A DNA stretch of 64,000 bases from Chloroflexi bacterium HGW-Chloroflexi-6. GTDB taxonomy: Bacteria > Chloroflexota > Anaerolineae > Anaerolineales > Villigracilaceae. The DNA is taken from positions 471 to 64,470 of the forward strand of contig PHBU01000020.1 in NCBI GenBank assembly GCA_002840685.1. Direction: 5' to 3'. Position 1 is the stretch's first letter. Each line of letters opens with the position of its first letter. Below are positions 9,717 to 16,203 of this stretch, piece by piece. The notes under the pieces were generated by a model. That model searched no databases. It saw only the letters and a program-made list of their open reading frames with translations, and was not told where the DNA came from. The position numbers were made by a program, and so were the translations under genes.

Positions 9717-10604
9717 TCAATTTCCAAAATAAGTGAAAATATCAAAACTAGAACAAGATGGAATATCAAAGGGGGAGCCGGGTACCAAAGTTACAGATAT
9801 CATCTTCTCTTCATCAACAATATATATCCTAGCTGGTTTGCAAGTGTCAGGGTTTACATCATCGTAGAGATAGTATTTTCCGCTATTTTTTGTGAGAAGG
9901 CGTAATCCGGAATATTTATAAGTAGTCGAAGCATTAGGCGATACTTGGGAAAATTCTATTTCACCCATAGACTCTTGTGTGTAAAAAGTTATTTCTTGGC
10001 TTTTCGCTAACACCACATCACGTCCGCTCCAATTACCTATGAAGAATGCAAAATAAAAGGTTAGTATTAATAAAACAATGACATCAAAAACCCAGAAAAC
10101 CTTGTTAGGTGTTTTTGGGGAAGGTACGCCAGCTGCCTTTCTGTCTATTTTAAATCGAGAACGTATAAGTATTTTTCCTAAGACAATAAGAACAACCAAC
10201 GCAGAAAGAATCAAAACAAACTTTAGTACAATAAAATAATTTGCTAGAATGAAATTCCCTATCACAATCGGCAGAAGAAGCAAAGTTCCGAAATACTGCT
10301 CGCCGTATTCGCCAAAAGTGAAGGTAAGCATGTACAAAGGAATATCCAATGACTGGAAATAGCCCATTGCAAAAAAACGCCCACCCATCCAAAACAATGC
10401 GGCAAAAACACCGGAACTACCAGCCAGAATGCTAAGGATTTCTTTGAAGTTAATCCCAGATTCTTCCTTAGGTTGTTCAGCTCTAGGCAATCGATATTCA
10501 CGAAGAGGGCGGCGGTGTGTTTTTTTTACCATATCGATTACTTTCATGAAACCAGAATGATGTTTGAAAATGTCACAAATATCCCGCACGTGAAGTACAT
10601 CCAA
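9717..10604 (-). CDS. Multi-pass membrane protein, unknown function
   Basis: Several long hydrophobic segments followed by a soluble C-terminal domain. AT-rich. Same strand as the repressor. Confidence 0.55.
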   Translation of the reverse strand: MDVLHVRDICDIFKHHSGFMKVIDMVKKTHRRPLREYRLPRAEQPKEESGINFKEILSILAGSSGVFAALFWMGGRFFAMGYFQSLDIPLYMLTFTFGEYGEQYFGTLLLLPIVIGNFILANYFIVLKFVLILSALVVLIVLGKILIRSRFKIDRKAAGVPSPKTPNKVFWVFDVIVLLILTFYFAFFIGNWSGRDVVLAKSQEITFYTQESMGEIEFSQVSPNASTTYKYSGLRLLTKNSGKYYLYDDVNPDTCKPARIYIVDEEKMISVTLVPGSPFDIPSCSSFDIFTYFGN

Positions 10605-10670
10605 TCAGATGGCGGGCCATCATTTTTTACGAAAGGATACTGCGTGTCCTGAGCACGCCAGGTGGTTTGC

Positions 10671-11051
10671 TTAGCTTACTAAAATATCTATAGTTCTTAT
10701 AGCCCACAGCGCTTCTATTTCGAATCCTCCTTCAAACATTTCACCGCGAATTAGGTGCGATAAACGGCTGAAATTCTTCTGACCAATCCTATCTGCATAC
10801 GGCTGAAGCTTTCCTATTGTCGTGACGTACACTCCCACAACTTCTCCAAGTTCATAGCTTTGCCGCTTTGATTTATCCTGATAGACAGCTAGAACATGAA
10901 CGATTGCCTCTCGCACATCTAAAAGGTCAGCGCGATAGCGATCGAACTGTTGAGTTTTACTTTGCTGCCTTTGTGCAAGGAACCAGCCAAGAATGGTTCC
11001 AGCTATAACAGAAAATAATCCAATTATCGCATTTATCAAAGTGTCAGACAT
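10671..11051 (-). CDS. Small N-terminally membrane-anchored protein, unknown function
   Basis: One N-terminal TM (INAIIGLFSVIAGTILGWFLA) followed by a soluble domain. Confidence 0.5.
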   Translation of the reverse strand: MSDTLINAIIGLFSVIAGTILGWFLAQRQQSKTQQFDRYRADLLDVREAIVHVLAVYQDKSKRQSYELGEVVGVYVTTIGKLQPYADRIGQKNFSRLSHLIRGEMFEGGFEIEALWAIRTIDILVS

Positions 11052-11275
11052 TTCTGGATACCACTCCTAAGGTTTATCGAGTTTGTGTGGGCGTTTGCGC
11101 CCAACGGACTGGCGTTACTGGGGCAAGGGCGGGATTTGGCGGACAAAACCACCAGACGCCGAATCCGCCGTTGGGGCAGAATCCCCGAAAGTTGCGGGCA
11201 ACGCCCCGCACTTGTCCGGTACACGCGGTGCTAGCCCGGTTTTGACTTTGAAAAATGTTTTGTGAACATACTTTG

Positions 11276-12031
11276 TTATTGCCTGTTCATTTCATCACGT
11301 ACTGCTCGGCGTGTGCGGTCATAATCAGATTCACTTAAAGTAGCACCAACCGCACCTGCTGCTATTACTCCAACTACAGTGAGCACCCCCATTAGTATCT
11401 GCTTATTCTTTTCTGTTCGCTCTTGATTTTGTTGCTTTACCCAAGCATTCCAAAATTTTGTAAAGCCTTTTTTCTCTTGCTCAATTGTGGTAACTCTTTC
11501 TACTATCTTTTTTTGTCTTTCTTGAGAAACCCAACTTTGTTGGGCACTCAACCAGGCCAATGGAATTACTCCTATCGGCCACCCTGCTAGAATGAATGAA
11601 CCACACATCACATAAGCCAGAAGTTTTTGCCAAAGTTCGGAGATACTTCCCATAACAATATTTTCAGGAAGTGTCAATACGCCAAGAATTGTTAGGCAAA
11701 ACAGAATAGCCCCAACGATAAAAGACAGCCCACCCAAAATGAGAAGTTTATTAGCTTGAAATCGAAACGCTGGTATTGGTATATGCTCTTTTGAAACTTT
11801 CTCTGCCAACTTCAGGTATTCTTGATATATGGCCTCGGCGCGTTCCTTTGCTAGTTTTTGTTCTGCTTCGGTTTTTTCATCTGCTATTTTTTGATTGGCG
11901 CAATCACTACAAAGAGTATCTATCGAGTGCTCATGACAATAGTACCGCCCACAAGTCTTTTTATGTCCCGTGCATTGCCCGATAACCGGGTTAGTACATC
12001 CAGACTGAGAACAAGCAATCTTGATACTCAT
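11276..12031 (-). CDS. Zinc-ribbon / coiled-coil / multi-TM protein, unknown function
   Basis: N-terminal Cys/His cluster (CSQSGC...CTGHKKTCGRYYCHEH...CSDC), a charged helix, then about 4 TM segments. Confidence 0.55.
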   Translation of the reverse strand: MSIKIACSQSGCTNPVIGQCTGHKKTCGRYYCHEHSIDTLCSDCANQKIADEKTEAEQKLAKERAEAIYQEYLKLAEKVSKEHIPIPAFRFQANKLLILGGLSFIVGAILFCLTILGVLTLPENIVMGSISELWQKLLAYVMCGSFILAGWPIGVIPLAWLSAQQSWVSQERQKKIVERVTTIEQEKKGFTKFWNAWVKQQNQERTEKNKQILMGVLTVVGVIAAGAVGATLSESDYDRTRRAVRDEMNRQ

Positions 12032-12274
12032 TAGAATCTCCTTTTGTGCAAAGAACGGGCTAACTATAGATCCACCCGCAGCAGCTTAAATCACTTTGGG
12101 CTACCCTGCCTGATCATTCAACGATTGTGTTATTGATGTTTTACATTCCTAGCGTGGATATCGTAGCAGCTGCAAATAGTGAATAGAACAAGATCTCAAT
12201 AACCCCCCGCCTGGTTGGCTCTTCAGGATTTGTGCTGCTTATCAAAGCAGGCAAAACCAGGAAGAGCAGAATGC

Positions 12275-12643
12275 CTACCCAGAGGCAGAAGACGCTGAAG
12301 ATGTATTTGGTGAGCATTTTCTGGTTGTGGCCGGGAACATGGCCAGGGCAGCGATCAGCAGATTGGCAATCCCAAAGTGCCAGAGCGCTGAGGGGAGTGG
12401 ATAACGCAACGAGAGTATGAAAGCCCCCAGCTGCAGGCTGGTGGCGATTGGTAACAGGGAAACTGGGCGGACCGGGGGATTTACCCGCCTATCGTCAATA
12501 AGATAATAACGGGCAGAACAACGTCGATCAGGAAACACCAGGCCACGCAGCCGGTTAGTGGCGTTTTCGGCCACAACGAGCAGGCGTAGGGCTGCTAATA
12601 GGATGTGGCGGCGATGGGCGGCGCGGATCTTGCGAAAGTTCAT
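12275..12643 (-). CDS. Hypothetical membrane protein translationally coupled to the repressor
   Basis: Its start overlaps the repressor stop in an ATGA (12640-12643). The C-terminal half is hydrophobic. No recognisable motifs. Confidence 0.4.
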   Translation of the reverse strand: MNFRKIRAAHRRHILLAALRLLVVAENATNRLRGLVFPDRRCSARYYLIDDRRVNPPVRPVSLLPIATSLQLGAFILSLRYPLPSALWHFGIANLLIAALAMFPATTRKCSPNTSSASSASG

Positions 12644-13014
12644 CTTGTTTGGGTGGCTTTGGGGGCGGCGGCGGACTTGTCTTCCGATTCTTCGGCAGCG
12701 ATTAGTGACTTTACAAGACTTTCGGCAATCGAGCGGCGCAGGCCGGTGAGTTTGCCAAGGTTGTGGGACATTTCTTCGACCCAGGGGTCTTTTTCTTTTT
12801 CTGGGGGGAGAACGCCAGCTTTTTCAAAGACAAGATGCGGGGGAAGATGCAAGGCACGGGCAATAGCTGTAAGCGTATCCTTTCCTGCGTTCCGCTGACC
12901 AGAAACAATACGCGACATTTGAGCCGTTGTTATATCGGTGGCCCTGGCTAAGTCAGCCTGGGTCATTTTGCGTTTTTCCAGTTCTTCCAAAATCCAAGAG
13001 CCAAAATTGTCCAT
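12640..13014 (-). CDS. CI-like XRE-family HTH repressor
   Basis: HTH MTQADLARATDITTAQMSRIVSGQR. It is divergent from the early operon. I prefer the start at the MDNFGSW Met (13014) because a -10-like TATATA ends 5 nt upstream. Confidence 0.8.
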   Translation of the reverse strand: MDNFGSWILEELEKRKMTQADLARATDITTAQMSRIVSGQRNAGKDTLTAIARALHLPPHLVFEKAGVLPPEKEKDPWVEEMSHNLGKLTGLRRSIAESLVKSLIAAEESEDKSAAAPKATQTR

Positions 13015-13019
13015 AAGTG

Positions 13020-13048
13020 TATATATATTGCCATAAAGGTAATACCAA
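13020..13048 (-). promoter_or_regulatory. Putative repressor-maintenance promoter (possible leaderless cI transcript)
   Basis: Minus strand: TTGGTA, 17-nt spacer, TATATA, then cactt-ATG. It overlaps a GGTAATACC operator-like site. Confidence 0.4.
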
Positions 13049-13071
13049 TAGGGTGACACTTGATTACCATA

Positions 13072-13099
13072 TTGACAACTATTTGTAAATATGTATAAT
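13072..13099 (+). promoter_or_regulatory. Early rightward promoter (PR-like)
   Basis: TTGACA (13072-13077), 16-nt spacer, TATAAT (13094-13099). Confidence 0.7.
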
Positions 13100-13103
13100 G
13101 TGT

Positions 13104-13120
13104 GTTACCAAAAAGGTAAC
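13104..13120. promoter_or_regulatory. Operator-like perfect inverted repeat GTTACC-aaaaa-GGTAAC
   Basis: It lies immediately downstream of the -10. Related hexamers occur at 13038 (GGTAAT) and 13063 (ATTACC). Confidence 0.55.
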
Positions 13121-13179
13121 GCATAGTTGCCTTTAGAGCCCGGTCACCCACGGCGGGCGAACTAAAAAGGAGATGTTTG

Positions 13180-13389
13180 ATGGAAGAAAAGAAAAAGCAA
13201 TATCAGTACCAAACAGTGCCGGTCGATCTCGAGACGCACGCCATGATCATGGCCATGTGCGAGCACTACGTAATGGGCAAACGCGCCCAGGGAGCGCTCG
13301 TGAAGCGCGTCATCAAGCCTGAGTTCGAGAAATTGCTCGAAGCAGGTCTGGTTCAGTCAGTAACCCCGGAAGTCAAAGAGAGTCTGTAG
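13180..13389 (+). CDS. Small early protein (Cro/antirepressor position)
   Basis: First gene after the PR-like promoter. SD AAGGAG lies 7 nt upstream of the ATG at 13180. Confidence 0.55.
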   Translation: MEEKKKQYQYQTVPVDLETHAMIMAMCEHYVMGKRAQGALVKRVIKPEFEKLLEAGLVQSVTPEVKESL

Positions 13390-13640
13390 TGGCCAAGTAC
13401 ACCGTCTCCGGCAAACCCAACCCGCAAGCCGTGTGCTTTTTGCTCGATAGTGTTTATCGCTATCTGATGGAAAAAGAACTGGCAAAAGCCGAGCGCGAGA
13501 GCGCAGGGGACGGGCCTGCGCTCAGCGCGCTCGAGGTCACCGGGACGGGCGGTGTGGAGAACTGGACAAATACAGAATACAGCGAAAAAGAAAATCTGTG
13601 TGTTTTTGATGAAAACCAAGTCCCTGCGCGGGCAGGGTAG
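13389..13640 (+). CDS. Hypothetical early protein
   Basis: GTG start overlaps the previous stop (TAGTG). In-operon position only. Confidence 0.4.
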   Translation: MAKYTVSGKPNPQAVCFLLDSVYRYLMEKELAKAERESAGDGPALSALEVTGTGGVENWTNTEYSEKENLCVFDENQVPARAG

Positions 13641-13651
13641 AGACAAAAGGA

Positions 13652-14032
13652 GTGATTCCCATGAACGAAAATCAAACTTATGTAGAGCGCTATGCGCTGC
13701 CGCTCGAAACGCTGATGGAACTGGCCGAAGTGGCTCCTAAAGCTGCGCCGGTGGCTGGCATTGATGCGCGCGAACTGGTGCGGGTGCTCGACCTGCACAC
13801 CGATAAGAAGAAGGGCATTTCAGGCCAGGACGGTATTTCCTACTGGACGATGACGGTCAAGCAGGCCAAAACAGCCTACGAAGAACTGACCGGCGCAGAC
13901 GATGTCACCCACTCACGGATCGGTTGCCTGTTGGGCTCGCTGGGCCTGAGCAAGCACCGCACCGGAACGGGCTGGCTGGTGATGTGGAACCGCGCGCAGC
14001 TCGATATTCTCAAGAAACATTTCATTCTTTAG
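13652..14032 (+). CDS. Hypothetical early protein
   Basis: Operon position and codon usage consistent with its neighbours. Confidence 0.45.
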   Translation: MIPMNENQTYVERYALPLETLMELAEVAPKAAPVAGIDARELVRVLDLHTDKKKGISGQDGISYWTMTVKQAKTAYEELTGADDVTHSRIGCLLGSLGLSKHRTGTGWLVMWNRAQLDILKKHFIL

Positions 14033-14038
14033 GGGGCG

Positions 14039-14968
14039 ATGATGGCAACCATGACTTTTCAAGTTAAGCCTGGGCTGGCCTGGCAAGAAGATTTTTCCCT
14101 GTGGCTGTATGAGCACAATCGGGCCCAAAAAACCATCGAAGCCTACGTTCAGGATGTGCATCATTTTGCCCGTTGGTGTGGGAGCGCGTTTGGGGCTGAA
14201 AGCCTGAATCGCACCGATGTGCGGGCTTATTTTGAATGGCAGAAATCAATCAAGGCTGCCGTCAATAGCCAGAACCGGCGTTTGGCCTCGCTGCGGGTGC
14301 TGGTTTCATGGATGCGCGAACGCGGCATGCTGGATTATGACCCGACCGATCGCATCCAGCGCTCCGAGCAGAGCAAGTTGCCTCCCAGGGCGAAAGATGC
14401 AGACGAGTACGCGGACTTGGCCTCCGTTTCGATGGCTGGCGCGCACCTGAAGTGCGCCGGCGAAAAACACTCGCTTTTGGCCGCGCGCGACCTGGTTATT
14501 TTTGGGCTAATGGCTCGGGCTGGTTTACGGGTGAGTGAAGTCGCCGGGTTGGATGCGGAAGATCTGCACCTGGAGCGGAACGAGATCCGCGTGCGAGGCA
14601 AAGGTGGCAAAGTTGGCGACGTGGTTATCCCAAACGAGCTGGTTTGCGACATAGAAGCCTGGCTGGCTGTTCGTCCGGGCGCTGGGGCTGCATTGATCAC
14701 CGATTGGAACGGTCAGCGCATCACGACTGGCCAGATCAGACGCCGAATTGAGATGATCGGACAGGCAGCCGGGATTGTGGTCAAGCCGCACGATTTGCGC
14801 CACACCTATATCTACCGCTTGTTGGATGTTTTCTTGCGGCAGGAAACATCGCTGCCGGTGGCGATCGATGCGGTCCGGATGCAAGCACGCCATTCAGACA
14901 GCCGAACAACAATGAGCTACCTTCGAGCCAGTTACAAGCAGATCCGCATGGCTGTGGAAGGTGTGTGA
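14039..14968 (+). CDS. Tyrosine recombinase (XerC/D-like)
   Basis: N-terminal SAM-like core-binding domain (TIEAYVQDVHHFARW), then RVSEV, HDLRHTY, and HSDSRTTMSYL with the catalytic Tyr. Confidence 0.8.
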   Translation: MMATMTFQVKPGLAWQEDFSLWLYEHNRAQKTIEAYVQDVHHFARWCGSAFGAESLNRTDVRAYFEWQKSIKAAVNSQNRRLASLRVLVSWMRERGMLDYDPTDRIQRSEQSKLPPRAKDADEYADLASVSMAGAHLKCAGEKHSLLAARDLVIFGLMARAGLRVSEVAGLDAEDLHLERNEIRVRGKGGKVGDVVIPNELVCDIEAWLAVRPGAGAALITDWNGQRITTGQIRRRIEMIGQAAGIVVKPHDLRHTYIYRLLDVFLRQETSLPVAIDAVRMQARHSDSRTTMSYLRASYKQIRMAVEGV

Positions 14969-15066
14969 TGGCGCGCAGGGCGATGTTGACTCTGGCTCGG
15001 GTTGCGCTGGTGGTTTCGATGGCCAGCTGGTTGGGCATCTTCCTGGCGTTGGTAACGAGGAGATGA

Positions 15067-15354
15067 GTGATGGCTGAAGAAATAAAAACTATTGAAATCC
15101 CTGCATGCCAAGAGCACGAAGGTTTTTATCGAATAGATGTGCGCTTGGCCTGGGTGTGCCCAGAGTGTGGTGGGCCACGCGGCGAGATCTATCGCATTCG
15201 CTCATACGATGGAAGTCGCTGCATGATGGTTGATGGCTGGTCAAACCCGTGCGGGCATGTGGACCGCTACGGAGACTGCCGCAGCGAAGCTAAAACAAAC
15301 GGGCTAAATGTGAAGATTTCTGATGGGAGTCTTCCTGCTACAGCCAATCTTTAG
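15067..15354 (+). CDS. Small zinc-ribbon protein
   Basis: CPECGGP...C...CGH cysteine pattern. Confidence 0.5.
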   Translation: MMAEEIKTIEIPACQEHEGFYRIDVRLAWVCPECGGPRGEIYRIRSYDGSRCMMVDGWSNPCGHVDRYGDCRSEAKTNGLNVKISDGSLPATANL

Positions 15355-15356
15355 GA

Positions 15357-15719
15357 GTGCAAAAAATGAACATACCTGTTTTGGTGGTGCTGGTCTTCTT
15401 CATTGAAATAGCCTTGCATTATTTCAGATGGAAAGAAGTTCTGCAGGGCAGAGAACTACCGCGTGTTGCGGCATATGCGCTGGGTGTGGCAGGCATGATG
15501 GTTCCATTCACAGCCTGGCTAATCCAGGAAGAGCACGGTGCGGTTGCGCAGGTTCTTTGGTTGGTGATCTTTGGTGCAGGCGCAGCAGTGGCCATCACCT
15601 ATTTATTGGACTGGGTCGTTGACCTGATCTGGAAGGCGCGTGAAGCCAGCCAGCGCGAGAAAGCAGCATTATCCGGTTTGAAGGATGTCATCGATGCCAC
15701 GAGCAAAGGGCAAGACTGA
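15357..15719 (+). CDS. Small membrane protein (3-4 TM)
   Basis: Hydrophobic segments throughout. Operon position. Confidence 0.5.
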   Translation: MQKMNIPVLVVLVFFIEIALHYFRWKEVLQGRELPRVAAYALGVAGMMVPFTAWLIQEEHGAVAQVLWLVIFGAGAAVAITYLLDWVVDLIWKAREASQREKAALSGLKDVIDATSKGQD

Positions 15720-15942
15720 CCAGGTCATGCGTCTGCAGGAAGATCTTGATTGCATCACCGGTGCGCTGGTGGGCTGGGAGATAGCAGAACGTATCCTTCG
15801 CTTACGCATCGAGCAGGCACGCCAGCGCACCGGTTTGGATGAATTACTTTCACCCGCTTTGACAGAACTGGACGAGATGTCCAAGCGGGTGAGAGCAGCC
15901 AAGATGCAGGTCAGTCACACCCTGACCCGGCTGACAGAGTGA
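15685..15942 (+). CDS. Hypothetical helical protein
   Basis: ORF overlaps the upstream gene end. Start uncertain (an alternative ATG is at 15727). Confidence 0.4.
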   Translation: MSSMPRAKGKTDQVMRLQEDLDCITGALVGWEIAERILRLRIEQARQRTGLDELLSPALTELDEMSKRVRAAKMQVSHTLTRLTE

Positions 15943-15954
15943 GAGTGGTGCGGT

Positions 15955-16203
15955 GTGACGATGAATGCAGTAGTAGAAAGAATCGCAAACTTCCCCAAAT
16001 GCCTGCCCTGGCTGGTGTGGGCAGGTGTGCCCCAAAAAACGGCCTTTGGCGAGCGAATTTCATGCAACATATCAAGGGGTTATGTTGCACGAATGGCAGG
16101 GGGGCGGGGGTCAAATTCCCAGAGCGATTTCAAAAAGCCTATTACTGAGTACCTCGGAAAATCCGAGCAACTTTTTAGAAAAGGCGGTACGGACGGCTTA
16201 TGA
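15955..16203 (+). CDS. Hypothetical protein coupled to the primase gene
   Basis: Its stop overlaps the primase start in an ATGA (16200-16203). No motifs. Confidence 0.35.
   Translation: MTMNAVVERIANFPKCLPWLVWAGVPQKTAFGERISCNISRGYVARMAGGRGSNSQSDFKKPITEYLGKSEQLFRKGGTDGL

Noticed and set aside
12032-12060. The CTATAGTTAGCC motif upstream of the 11276-12031 gene resembles the CACATAGTT(A/G)(G/A)GC motif at the cassette repeat edge. Could this be another cassette boundary inside the prophage?
   Set aside because: Only about 9 nt are shared and there is no adjacent att core or terminator block. The resemblance is most likely chance. It is recorded in case a genome-wide motif search says otherwise.
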